Shown here: piece by piece, positions 27,306 to 40,260 of the stretch
Layout: each line of letters starts with the position of its first letter
How positions within the stretch are numbered: the first letter of the stretch is position 1
Origin: Dipteris shenzhenensis
Lineage: Eukaryota
Direction: 5' to 3' (one strand)
Assembly: GCA_047967505.1 (NCBI GenBank)
Contig: CM106538.1
DNA length: 64,000 nucleotides
Translations under genes and position numbers: made by a program
The notes under the pieces: model-generated
The model's database searches: none
What the model was told of the DNA's origin: nothing
What the model saw: the letters and a program-made list of their open reading frames with translations, nothing else

Positions 27306-29507
27306 ACTGTGTATCGCTCTCCTAAGTTCAGACTACCCTGCATTGGTCTGTAACTGTTGCGCTAATAACTGCTGCAAGGCATCTTCAAGCAATGCAATCC
27401 TGCCAGATAAGGTATGAGCTACTGGGCGCGACACCTGCTGGGTCGGCCGGACTCCTGACTCACTAGGGTCCCTCTTGAAAGCCCCTTCTTCTGCTTCCAT
27501 TCAGTTCAATGGGTGTTTTGTTTTGGGTTTTTTTTTTTAAATATTTATTTATTTATAAATAAATAAACACCGCTAGAAAACTGTATTTACAAACTGACGC
27601 AATTCAGTGTACTGACACTCTGATACAATTCTCTATACTAGGAAAGTCCTGCAATTCCACATGCACAGTGACTAGGCTTTTGACACAGGCATATATCCAC
27701 CTAGCACACAATAAAATCCTGATAGCCAGTGCGGGAGGACCACCAAATAGCGATTCGTCACCCTTGTACACGACCGCTCTCTTTGAACCATTCGTGATCC
27801 TGCTCTCCGCTCATGATGCGCTTCACGTTTAGTCCAATCACACAGATCCCACTTAACTGATAGCAACTAACAATCAATCGTTCGTAGCTTTCGTCACACC
27901 TCACGAACCCCTTCCCTTGGTCTCTTCCCTTGGGCTGTGATACCAATTGTTACACACAACTTCTATTTCCTACTGCAGGTCGCGGGAGCAGCACCAATTC
28001 TTTCCTCCCAGCCAACCTTGCTGAAGCACACGAGATGACAGAGAATTACCGTCCAAAACATACGTGAATAATTCATTCTCTTCTCTCTCTAGCTTCAACA
28101 AGCCCCATCTCCCTAGATGGATCTAGATGCCACATGTCATCATCATAGAGTCTTCCTAATGCAACATTTCACCCCTCTCTTGGGATGCTTTAAAATTCTT
28201 TGCCCCTAGGCACATTTCTTGCATTAGGCCCTTAGCCTTAGATCCACCTAGTCTGGTGCTATCAACCCTCACCTAGGACCTTGACATTAATTCCCTCCCG
28301 ATCATTTACATGAAGCGCAAACAAATAATTACAAATATAGATCCTTTAAGGGAAATGTCGACTGATTCTTCCGAGGTCATGCTACCTCGGCTAGAGCGTA
28401 ACAAGTTCAGCTTCCAAGAGGCCCAGTTCAGCTTTCAAGAAGCAATCTAAGGGACGTGAGGACGATCTTAGTGAAGGATTCATGAAAGAAAAGATCAAGG
28501 AGTTCCATATTCTTAAGGAGAAACCTCGATTTCAGCAATTATTCAAGGAGATGATGTCCTATCCAGGGTCAAAGCCACGAAAAGAAAAGGGAGACAAAGA
28601 ACTTTCTCATACTTTTTCCATCAAAGGAGTCTTCTAAGCATTCTCCTTTCTCTAGGGAGAATTCACGGAGTCCTGCATCACGCCAGAAGCGTCAAACTTC
28701 AAGAAAACGAGGGAGTTCTTTGAAGCCACACGGGACAGAAAAGCCATATGTGATGGTTGAAAAGTTTGGCCACTAGACTTCAATGGTTTTAGATGCAAAC
28801 AATCAGCACAATAGATCTCAACGGCAATCGAGAACAATGTTGGAGGGTGAGTGAAGATATGTGCTTACTTTCAGATACCTTGGTTTAGGAGCATAGATGC
28901 TGCCATGGATGCAAAATATTAGCTATGTAGTTTCACATCCCTTTATTTGACATCCATTATCTGGTTAAGCTTTGCTTGCTGGAAGGTGAGGGCTATTGAT
29001 TTGCTCCTGCATCATTGTTTTGAAGCTTCAAGGGTGTGTTTAAAGATTTCTTACACCATTGAGTTCTGACATGGTCTGTTCTTGTCATAGTGTTTTGTGC
29101 CATTTCATATATTGTTTATGAGAAGTGTCGAAGTTGTGTTTTTAACTTCTGATTGTCATTTATCATCATTTATCTGTCCAGATTCGTCCTCTTCATGTCT
29201 TAATTCTCTATGCTCATGTGCGCGTCCTTTCTGTGAATTTACATGTCTTCTACATTGGGGAAATTTTCTCATACAACTATGTTGTGAGGAAGACTCTGGT
29301 AGCCTCTGAAGAGCAGAGTATGTTCTGCTTACTCTTTACAACAAAGGGGCTGCACAGAAGACTGAAATGGCAGGGAAGAGGCGGAAGACATCAAAATGGA
29401 AGCAACCGGAGAATTGTTAATGTGGATGCTTTGGATAGGTCTTTGGTTTATATTATTACCTTAGTGCTGCATTGTAAATGATCATGATAGAGTTTGGTCT
29501 GTTACAG

Positions 29508-29735
29508 ATCCTTGGAGAACCAGGATTCGGTGGTTCTCACACACCGTCTATGGTAGGTGCAATCCAAAATTGGCAGAAAGTGCAACCAGAGAAAGCTCAA
29601 CTGCTATGGTCAGAGCTAGGTCAAGCTAATATGGACGTGGAAAAGGGATTGCTTCAGTTAAAATATCTTTCCAAGGAGCATGAAGAGGAATACAGAATTG
29701 CCATGGAATCTTGTAAAAATGTGGCTGCCGACCAG
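29508..29735 (+). CDS. PMK: Phosphomevalonate kinase, internal exon D (ILGEPGFGGSHTPSMVGAIQNWQK...AADQ)
   Basis: gttacAG acceptor and GTTTGA donor, 228 bp. LGEPG.GGS.TPSMVGA motif of plant PMK. Confidence 0.94.
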
Positions 29736-32700
29736 GTTTGATGACAAATGTCCTACCTTTCTGTTTTATGTTCGAAGGAAAGCCTCTTTTTTTTCTCCTT
29801 TTTTTGGATGCAAAAGATGAACTCTCTCAAATATGACCAAAATACATAGAATCAAGATGACATCCTGGGAAAACCTCATACACAATCATGTGGAAAAGAT
29901 ATGAGGTTGTTGTAACCAAGCGGGAGAGTGGAAGTGCGCCATGAAGGTCTATAGCTGTGTATTTGAAGAATAAACCATAATTCCACACTCTCATGAAGGT
30001 AGCTTTCCTAGCCTGTGCGGCATGTGAGGAATCCTTAATCCTGTAAAAGTGTCCATAAGTTTGCATAAAATATTCTACTAGATCATTGAGAGTGACAGAT
30101 ACAAAAGTCTGAGTCCCCTCTAAAGCCCCTGTGCATCTGATCTCCAAATTTACCATACAGGGAGACTGACAATGATCTCCCAAGCCGAGTCTATGGGAGG
30201 AGAATGAAGTCTGTGCAAAGAAAAGGCATTTCATTTAGGATCTCTAAAGTTGTCTCCAAAAGTGAGTCTACATGATGAGAGTGATGCCATAGGTCTCCCA
30301 GTGCCCTTTAGGGAGGTATCCATTGTCTCCGCAGCTGGCCTGGTCTTGCATTCTTGACTATGCAGTCAAAGAAGGTGAGTATCCTAGAGGGAGATCTGTA
30401 AAATCAGCCATCACTGAATGATCGTATGGAGACTAGAATTGTCAATTAGCTCTTTCTTTGTTAGTCTAACTAGTCTCTAGCCCTGTCCAACCTTATAAAG
30501 AACTCTCTCCTCCCTGTCCCAAACGATGTAAATAAGCTCTAAAGGAACGACTGTGTGTGAGAAGATGCCCAATTAGTGAATCTCTACCCAGTTTGACCTG
30601 CTCCTTGAAGCTAGTCAAGGGGTATATATGTGTCAATCGGCAGGGTGCGTTTGTGAGTGCCTCTCAACTCCCGAGTGATTGAGCGAGGGAAACTCCCTGA
30701 ACACTCTTTAAGTGCCCACAATGGAGGCTGGCCCTCTCTCCCATCTAGATCATTGTATCCCGAGGAGCCCAATGAATGTCCTAAGTCATCAACAAAAAAT
30801 CCATGCCCACTTGATGGGTTTCCCTTTTATACTTCAGTCAGTCCTTTTTCCATTGGGGGAGATAGGAATGCATGTATGTTTCCATACCATTTCCATTTTG
30901 ACCCATTGGTGGGGATAGTAATGCATTTGTGTTTCCAAACCATTTCCATTTTGACCTATTCTCAATGACCAAAGTGTTGGAATGGTCACCTCCCCATCTG
31001 TAAGCCCCCATATGAGGAGAGCGTGGGGGAGGGAGACCTTGGGCAGGATGTGCCCCAAATGAAGAGAGGAGGGTACCTGGCTGATCTGCAGGAGCATAAG
31101 GTGGAGCAGAGGACAGCAGTAGGGACCCAAGAGAAGAGGCCATGAGCTCATGGATGACGTCAGCAACAGTACGGAACAGTACGGAGCTGAGGTGCACACC
31201 TGTGGGCAGATCAGGGAGACAAGAAATAGTGCAGCATAGTGGGGGTCTATGGGCAGGTATACAGCCTGCAGCAGGGTCTCTAGCAGCAGCCCAAAAAGGG
31301 CCTGGCTAGGGCCCTTACATAGGGCTGGTTGGGCTGAGCCACATTTGCTATGGCTGGAACAATCAAGATTTATTTGGAGTTCTTCGTGAAGATGATAAGT
31401 TGGATGGCACCAACTATCCGTTGTGGTCTTATCTCATGAAACATATTCTTGTTGCAAAGCATTTGTGGAATATTGTTTCTGGGGCTGATCTGAGGCCAGC
31501 CAATGCTACAGTGGTTACCTCTACTGCTGGTCCTTCTGCAGGGGGTACTACTCCTGATGCCTCTTCCTCTAGCACTCCTGATGCTGCTCTTCCAACTCGA
31601 GAACAGTCAAGATGGGATGCAAGAGATGCAAATGCACATTCATGCATTGCTTTATCATGTAAGAGAATCATTATTCCACACATCCGGTCTTGCAGGACAG
31701 CAAAGGATGCTTGGGATAAATTGGCTTCTCTCTATCAGATTCGCAATGAAGCTCGTGTTGCATATTTGAGAAGGCAATTACAGGAAGTCAGTATGAATGA
31801 AGGTGAGTCTATGGATGCATACCTGACAAAGGTCAAGGACCTCATGGAACAGCTTGCCAACATTGATGAGGTGGTGCCAAATTCACAGCTTGTCAGTACC
31901 ACATTGAATGGACTGCCAGATACATATCAAGGGTTCGCTACAACCCTTCGATTAGTGGCCATGGGTAATCCAGACCACTATTCTTTTGATCAGCTAGTTA
32001 CTTTGCTTTTGCAGGAAGAGCAAAGTAGAGCTAATAGACAAGCCATTATTCCTGATCATGCATTTGCTTCACAGCAGACAGGAAGAGGCAAGGCTTCCAA
32101 GCCTATGGGCAAGCCAAAATCTGCGCATAGCAGCTGCAATTCCTCCCATGCATCTAAAAATACAGCAGATAAGTCAAAGAAGAAAAGATGCAACTATTGT
32201 CGCAAGCTTGGACATGACATTTCAGAATGCAGGAAGCGCATTGCTTCGGAGAAAAAGAAAGCAGGATTGGCAGTTAATGCCTCTCAAGCTATTGAATCCC
32301 ATGAGCCAGAAGATGCTTCACATGCACATGCTCTTAAGGATGATCGGGCATGGGCTGTCCATTGCTCATTTGATCCCTCCAATGCTGATGCATTCTTTAC
32401 TGCTAATGATGCTCAGTCCTGGTACTTTGATAGTGGTGCTTCCAAGCATGTCACATCTTGCAGACAGTTGTTTCATCTTTAGCTGATGCACCTCGAGGGG
32501 GGACTATCACATGTGCTAATAATGCTTCATATGCTGTAAAAGGAATTGGATATGTGCAGCTCACATCCATTTCAAGCCATCCTGTTACTCTGACAAATGT
32601 TCTTTTTGTGCCTGGAATTGAAGTCAACTTGATTTCAATTTCAGCAATTGCCACTTCAGGTTTCAGAGTTATTTTTGATGGTTGCCAGTTTATGATCTTC

Positions 32701-34284
32701 GTGATGACAATGCCATAGTTCTCACTGGCACTTTGCAAAAGGGGCTTTATCACCTTGATCATCACTCAGCTGCACTTTCTATTGAAGCAGTGGCTATTTC
32801 AGATTCACAGCTTGCTGAAACTCATCTTTGGCATGAGAGAATGGGCCATCTCAATTATAGAGCTCTTGCAAAGGTACATTCACAGCAGATGGCAAATGAT
32901 GTACCTCAAACTCACACAGTTTCCAAACATGTGTGAGGGTTGTCTTTTGGGTAAGATGCATCGGTTTCCTTTTCACAAGAATTGTCTGAAACTCTCACAA
33001 AGGAAATTGCAGCTAGTGCACAGTGATGTCTGTGGCCCAATGAGGACAAATGCCATTGGAGGGTATAAATATTTCATGACTCTCATTGATGATTTCACAA
33101 GATATTGCTGGATATATCCTTTAAAAGCCAAATTTGAAGTTTTCTTATGCTTTCAGAGATGGCTGATTATGGTTGAGAATGAATCAGGATGCAAGCTTGT
33201 CACCCTCAACACAGATAGGGGGGGAAGGTATATGTCAAAGGAGTTTGATGCATTTCTGTCTTCACGGGGCATTATTCACTCATGTACTACTCCTTACACT
33301 CCTCAGCAGAATCCTGTTTCTGAAAGGAAAAACAGGTCCACAGTGGAGATGGCCAGATGCATGCTTAAGGCCAAGTCTTTACCCAATAAATTTTGGCTTG
33401 ATGCAGTGATGTGTGCCAACTATGTGCTGAATAGATCACCTACATGGGCATTGAAGACTGTTACACCTTATGAAGCATGGAAAGGTAGGAAGCCTTCACT
33501 TTCACACATGAGAGTTTTTGGGTCTCTTGCATATGTTCATGTACCATCTCAGCTGAGACATAAGCTTGATGACAAGGTAATCAAATGCATATTTATTGGT
33601 TACAGCCAGGAGAGTTCAGCTTCTCCTCTTGTGGACTGCAAAGCAAAGCCAGATGTTGACATGTTTGATGCCTTTGAATCTTGGTTACCTCTGCCATCAT
33701 CAGAAGAGGATTTTGACCAGCAACATGAGCCTCCTGCAGGCCCTCCACTAAGCAATAATCAGCCACAACCTCATGCTGATTTGCAGGTTTCTGTTTCGGC
33801 ACAAAATGATCCCACTATTCATGATGCAGTCATTGAAGAAAGAGCTGTCAATAGACAACAAAGGCAAGTTCCCAGATGGCTTCTTGATACATTGAGGGAC
33901 AGCAAACAAGATCAGCCTTTCGCTGCCCAGACAAGATCAGGGAATAGACAGCATGGTCACTTTCTTGAGTTTGCACTCCTTGCTACAGCTTGCAATGAAG
34001 AGCCTCTGTGCCATAAAGATGCTTTTGACAGCAAAGAGTGGATGGATGCAATGAGAGCTGAGTTACAATCTATTGCCAAAAATGACACTTGGGAATTAGT
34101 AGATCTCCCGGCAAGCATGCCATTGGAACGCGGTGGGTCTACAAATTAAAAAGGAAATCTGATGGCAGCATAGATCGATACAAAGCCCGTCTTGTTGCAA
34201 AAGGGTATGCCCAACAACAAGGCATTGACTTTGAGGAGACATTTGCTCCCACATCCAGGATTACTACCATTAGATGTGTCATTG

Positions 34285-37200
34285 TGTCACTACAATGTAA
34301 ATATCCTAAGTCAAAGTACAGTTGACCATTTATTTGATCATAATTAAAGAGTTTTATATGTGTTAATTATGGTCAAAGAGTTATTTTAATGGTCAAAGGA
34401 TTGACTACGGTCAAAGATACTTGACTCCAGTCAAGTAACCCTGACTGCGGTCAGAGAGTGTTGACTTCGGTCAACAAGACTTGGCATGCGCCAAGAGGGT
34501 TAACCCTGATTAACCAAGATGTGCCAACTTTGGTTGGAGAGACTTGGCTATAATTAAGGCGCCTTGACCTTTGGTCAAAGCTCTTTAATTATAATCAAGA
34601 GTGTTGACTCCGGTCAACCAGAGAATATATATATGTTTATTTGTATATATATTTGTTTAGATGTGCACATGTGTTCAATGGGGACGCCCACCGTGACTTG
34701 GATTAGTCCACAGTGTGTTATTTGCATGCAAAGCGCTAACAATTAATGGGTACCATGGTGGTGCGCTTTAATTAATTGTTGCAGGTACTAGGAAGGATTA
34801 TTTTTCCTAAGCGAAATGGGAGCCTGACAAGCATCTAGGTGGCGGTTCGTGTGACCGAGAGCTTTGAAGACTCCAGAATGGCCCTTAGTGGCTTGTAATA
34901 GGATTTAGTCTAGATTTTAGACAAGTGGCATGTTGCCAATTTGAATAGAGCTTGAAGCTCTTGTAAAAGAAGAGATTATTCACGTTTTGTAAGAGGGAGA
35001 TTTACGAGATAGCTCTACGCTGAACTTCTGTAACAGATTTTCTTGGATGAATAAAGACCTTCGGGGGGGTCCAGCCCGACGATTTGTCCTAGGCCCTAGT
35101 GCATCTCCAGAGAGAGGGAGTGAGGGAGAGCTTTTGAGAGTATAAATCCCGTCGTTTAAGAGTGGTGATATTGAAGCCATAGCTGTCTTTCACCGGTCAG
35201 TCTGGTTTTATTGGTATCAGAGCCGAGGCTCAAAAACTTACTGAAGTTTTTGACGATTCAAAGTGTTGGAATAAAGAGGAGCATGCGAGTGTTTATGCAC
35301 ACGGCGGCAAGTCTGGCTAAACATATTGCGTAAGCGATACGGGGAAAACATCTTTGGCGTAGCGTGATCCAGTATTTCATTTTCGAGACCCGAAAGTTGG
35401 CGTGAGTGAATGGAGTACAGAAAGGCCTAACTAGCTATGGCTTAAGCTGACGCAATTGTGGGTTGTAAATGGTCGTGGTAGCCTACCGGAAGTGCAACTC
35501 CTCTTTTAGGCAAGAGCCCAAGCAGCGTCGTGTCTTGCTGGGTAATTACGTGATGGAATTCCCAAAGGAAGCTAAGGAGAGATTCCATGAGCCATCGTGA
35601 ACGGCAAAGGAAGGGGTCCTGTGAATGCAAAAGGACGAACAATGGAAATCGGGAAGGCAATCTTGTGCTGATGACCCCAAAGAGACGTTCTTACGCGGGC
35701 ACTGAATGGTTGGCAAGCGCGGGGGTGTCAGCTGGTGAATGGCGATGTAAAAGGTTCCGTGACCACGAATTAATGAGCAGACGGCTGCGTGATTCCCCTG
35801 ACGGAGAGTAAGCGCAGATGGGAGCAATTCTGGTGATTCTTGGCCTCCTAATTGGCGAAGGAGTATCAGGGAGGTCGCTGGATGGTATGCCCAAAAGAAT
35901 TCGTGGAGATCCTTGAAGACCTTGTGAAGGCAACGCACGGTGTGCTATTCTGTTGTCTGACAGAGATGTTGACGAAGACCTTCAACAAATTCGTGAAGGC
36001 TCAGATCGACGGTCACCAAGGTGCGGCGGGCGTGGCTCTATGCACAGATACACTGACACGTGCGGTGATACGTGGCAGACACGTGTAGTGCGTTGATGTG
36101 GCGTCTAGCCAGGTCAGCAGATGACATGGTAGTAAATGTGGCACAGGCGCTGACGTGGCAGTGCACAAATATTTGCTGATGTGTCATATGGACACATGTC
36201 AGATGACGTGGCAACCAGTCCAACAGATGACGTGGCAGGACATGTGGTAGCTGACCTGGAGTGCCAGCTAGACAGGTGGCTGAGGTGGCAGACCCTGGGT
36301 TTATCCAACCTAACCTTGGTTAGTGGACTGGTTAGAGGTCCAGTTACTTGACCCATCCAGTCTAATCTGGTCACTGTAACCAGACTGTGACCAGTCTAGT
36401 TGGTTCAGTTGCAAACTAACCAGATCAGTTTGGTTGGTGTAACCAGTCCAGTTAGTCTAGCTGCAGACTAACCAGACCAGAACCAGTCAGTCTGGTTAGA
36501 GTAACCAGCCGGTTACCTATCTGGTTACTGTCTACAAAAAAAAAAGAAGACAGTTGCAGAGATTGTTTCTGCTAGTAATTTTCATCTGTTTGTCAGACTG
36601 TCACTGTCAGAGAAACAGCAGAAAAACAGAGGAATCAGAGATTTGCAGAAAAAGAGTATGCAGGCCTTTGAGCAGTAAAAAGAGGGAAAAAACAGATGCC
36701 TTTTGAAGCCATCTGCAGCAGCCAGAAAAGGGCAATATAATTGTTGATGCTTTGGCAACTGTGTGGGTATATGCCTTGAACTGACAGCCAGTACTGGCAT
36801 AGATTGTGAATGCAAAACACCTCTTGTTGAGGTACTTTTTCTGTTGGAAAAGCAAAAGTAGTGTGCATCAGTTACCCGCACTGTGTGAGAAATCTGCAGA
36901 TCTTAGAATATGGCCTTATAGAGTCAGTGCGACTCAGAGAGAGGAGATTATGGCCCAGGTACAGGACTTGCTGTCCAAAGGGTTGATTCAGCCCAGCTCG
37001 TCTCCTTTTTGTTCCCCTGTACTATTAGTACAGAAGAAAGATGGTTCATTCCATATGTGCGTCGACTATCGCGCACTGAACAAAATGACCATCAAGAATA
37101 GATTCCCTATTCCGCGTATTGATGATGTCCTGGATCAGTTAAATGGAGCTTCAGTTTTCAGCAGGATAGACTGAAAGAGTGGAAACACTATCTTTTGGGT

Positions 37201-39799
37201 GCAGATTTTAGTGTCCAAACAGATCACCAAAGTCTGAGATACATTTTGACTCAGACCAAGCTTTCCGAGAAGCATATGAAATGGGCAAACATGCTGTCAA
37301 TGTATCATTTTCAGATTGTCCATACTCCAGGAATTCGGAACAGAGTGGCAGATGCCTTGTCCCGAAGACCCCAGGTCAATAATGTAACTATTGCTTATCA
37401 TCAGGACCTGGAAGGCATGAGGGAACAAAATGCTCATGATTCTGATTTTGGTGAAATTTTACAGCAAATGCAAGAAGGGCAATCCACCAGTCACTATTCC
37501 CTGAAAGATGGGTATTTAATGAAAGATGATTGCCTATGCATCACCCAGGAGATGAGGAAAAAGATTTTGGGGGAATGCCATGCACCTCCCTATGCTGGAC
37601 ATAGAGGAATTACAGCAACAACTCTAGCCCTAGAGAGGTATTTCTTTTGGCCAGGAATGCAAAACGATATACATCAGTTTGTTACTGAATGCCTTACGTG
37701 TCAGAAAATAAAGTACGATAGACGGAAGGCACCTAGCCTACTTATGCCTCTTCCCGTGCCTCAGGCACCATGGGAAAGTATTACAATGGACTTTATTTTT
37801 GATTTGCCGAGATCAAAGTCAGGGAATGATGGGATTTGGACTATCATAGACAGATTCAGCAAGCAAGCTCATTTCATTCCGGTTCGCAAAACCATAAAGG
37901 CAGATCATATGGCTAAGCTGTTCATGGCACAAATTTTTAAACATCATGGTATGCCTAAGTCCATTGTTAGTGATCGAGATCCCAGAATGACCAGTCTATT
38001 CTGGAGAGCTTTATTTGATAACATGGGGACGAATCTAAATTTTTCTTCTTCTTTCCATCCCCAGACAGATGGTCAAAGTGAAGTAGCAAATTCTACAATT
38101 TTGGATATGCTGAAATGCTACGTGGGTGACCAAAGTTCAGACTGGGAAAAGTACCTACCGTTAGTAGAGTTTGCTTACAATAATATAGTACATAGCTCTA
38201 CAGGGAAAGCCCCTTTTGAAATCATATATGGGAAAGTGATTTTGGCACCTATATTGAGGACCAAAGATGAAATATTTGCAGCTGATCAGTTTGTAAGAGA
38301 CCTCCAGACAGCTTACAGCCAAGTCCGGACAGCAATTGAAAGGTCTCAAGAGAAACATAAAAGAGCTGCAGATAAACATAGGAGACAGCTAGATCTCAAG
38401 GAAGGGGACTGGGTACTTTTGAGGCTTGAAAAAGCTAGGCTCCGCAAGTTTAAAGGCAAACAGAAAGTGTATGCAAAGTTATCTCCCAGATACTATGGCC
38501 CTTTCAGGGTTACAGAAAGAATAAATGAGGTTGCATACAGATTAGCATTGCCAGAGCATTGGAGGATTCACAATGCATTCCATGTGAGTCTTCTAAAGAA
38601 ATTTCAAGGACCAGAGCCTACAGAACCAGTATCAGAAGATCCACCAGAAGTGGATGAGCTGGAGGAAGTCCTTCAGCCAGAGCAAATTGTGTACCATATT
38701 GTACGTAAAGGCCCTCAGGGTAAGGAGTTTTACAGGTATCTTGTAAAATTCAAGAATTATACGGCATTAGATGCCAAGTGGATGGACGAAGACATGTTAT
38801 TCGATCATACACAGCTTTTGGATGTTTACAAAGAAGCTTTTGAGTTGAGGTCAACTGAATAGAAGCCGAGGGGATGTCACTACAATGTAAATATCCTAAG
38901 TCAAAGTACAGTTGACCATTATTTGATCATAATTAAAGAGTTTTATATGTGTTAATTATGGTCAAAGAGTTATTTTAATGGTCAAAGGATTGACTACGGT
39001 CAAATATACTTGACTCCAGTCAAGTAAACCTGACTGCGGTCAGAGAGTGTTGACTTCGGTTAACAAGACTTGGCATGCGCCAAGAGGGTTAACCCTGATT
39101 AACCAAGATGTGCCAACTTTGGTTGGAGAGACTTGGCTATAATTAAGGCGCCTTGACCTTTGGTCAAAGCTCTTTAATTATAATCAAGAGTGTTGACTCC
39201 GGTCAACCAGAGAATATATATATGTTTATTTGTATATATATTTGTTTAGATGTGCACATGTGTTCAGTGGAAACGCCCACCGTGACTAGGATTCGTCCAC
39301 AGTGTGTTATTTGCATGCAAAGCGCTAACAATTAATGGGTACCATGGTGGTGCGCTTTAATTAATTGTTGCAGGTACTAGGAAGGATTATTTTTCCTAAG
39401 CGAAATGGGAGCCTGACAAGCATCTAGGAGGCGGTTCGTGTGACCGAGAGCTTTGAAGACTCCAGAATGGCCCTTAGTGGCTTGTAATAGGATTTAGTCT
39501 AGATTTTAGACAAGTGGCATGTTGCCAATTTGAATGGAGCTTGAAGCTCTTGTAAAAGAAGAGATTATTCACGTTTTGTAAGAGGGAGATTTACGAGATA
39601 GCTCTACGCTGAACTTCTGTAACAGATTTTCTTGGATGAATAAAGACCTTCGGGGGGGTCCAGCCCGACGATTTGTCCTGGGCCCTAGTGCATCTCCAGA
39701 GAGAGGGAGTGAGGGAGAGCTTTTGAGAGTATAAATCCCGTCGTTTAAGAGAGGTGATATTGAAGCCATAGCTGTCTTTCACCGGTCAGTCTGGTTTTA
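34285..39799 (+). mobile_element. Internally deleted Ty3/gypsy chromovirus-type element with TG...TA LTRs
   Basis: LTRs 34285-35210 and 38875-39799, nearly identical; TSD CATTG; PBS at 35212; purine tract before 38875. Removing it restores the copia RT text RCVIAIAAHHHWQVHQLDIK. Confidence 0.95.
37195..38862 (+). CDS. Gypsy integrase with chromodomain (open frame, 555 codons)
   Basis: H-H-C-C (CHAPPYAGH...CLTC), ITMDFI, IVSDRD, QTDGQSE, GPF motif, YLVKFKNY...AKW chromodomain. Confidence 0.9.
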   Translation: MGADFSVQTDHQSLRYILTQTKLSEKHMKWANMLSMYHFQIVHTPGIRNRVADALSRRPQVNNVTIAYHQDLEGMREQNAHDSDFGEILQQMQEGQSTSHYSLKDGYLMKDDCLCITQEMRKKILGECHAPPYAGHRGITATTLALERYFFWPGMQNDIHQFVTECLTCQKIKYDRRKAPSLLMPLPVPQAPWESITMDFIFDLPRSKSGNDGIWTIIDRFSKQAHFIPVRKTIKADHMAKLFMAQIFKHHGMPKSIVSDRDPRMTSLFWRALFDNMGTNLNFSSSFHPQTDGQSEVANSTILDMLKCYVGDQSSDWEKYLPLVEFAYNNIVHSSTGKAPFEIIYGKVILAPILRTKDEIFAADQFVRDLQTAYSQVRTAIERSQEKHKRAADKHRRQLDLKEGDWVLLRLEKARLRKFKGKQKVYAKLSPRYYGPFRVTERINEVAYRLALPEHWRIHNAFHVSLLKKFQGPEPTEPVSEDPPEVDELEEVLQPEQIVYHIVRKGPQGKEFYRYLVKFKNYTALDAKWMDEDMLFDHTQLLDVYKEAFELRSTE

Positions 39800-39851
39800 C
39801 ATTGCCATTGCAGCCCATCATCATTGGCAAGTGCACCAGCTTGACATCAAG

Positions 39852-40260
39852 CGGTTTGAGTATTGTCGTGTATTGATGGGCATTGGATAGTATGCTCACT
39901 GGTTGTTCTTCCTTAAAGGCACATTGTCCTTTAAGTGGGAGGTTGTGGGGGTTAAAGGTCACTGTGCCTTTACCCCAGTTATGTACAATACTCAAACATA
40001 TATATAAATGAATGAAAAAGAAGATTAGGGTGGTTCTGCACCCACCAAAGCTTGTGGCTCTCTGTCTCTCTCTCTCTCTCTCTCCTTCTTCCGTTCTTGC
40101 TTCCGTTGAGAGCACTCTCAATACTCCATGAATTGATAGGATGATCATGATTAATGGACATTGGGACTAGCCAACCAAATGTTGAATGCCGATTGAAAAC
40201 TCTACAATACTAATACACACTCTTGAAAGTGATGCAATGATGTTTACATGATGACTATAC
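39852..40260. mobile_element. 409-bp unclassified insertion in the copia RT
   Basis: Lies exactly between codons AAG and ACT of DIK/TAFL; no TSD seen; internal (TC)n tract. Confidence 0.7.

Larger units (their letters stand above)
22322..28403 (-). mobile_element. Full-length Ty3/gypsy chromovirus-type LTR retrotransposon, frameshifted
   Basis: 456-bp TG...CA LTRs at 22322-22777 and 27948-28403; TSD AGTTC; PBS TGGTATCACAGC on the - strand at 27934-27945; PPT at 22778-22790; order gag-PR-RT-RH-IN; chromodomain-like LVAWHGQPLSEATWES at about 22840-22900. Confidence 0.96.
21994..28735 (+). mobile_element. Second copy of the element B LTR-end/PBS/gag start, split by the 22322-28403 gypsy
   Basis: 21994-22321 plus 28409-28735 is colinear with about 19110-19760. 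Confidence 0.8.
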
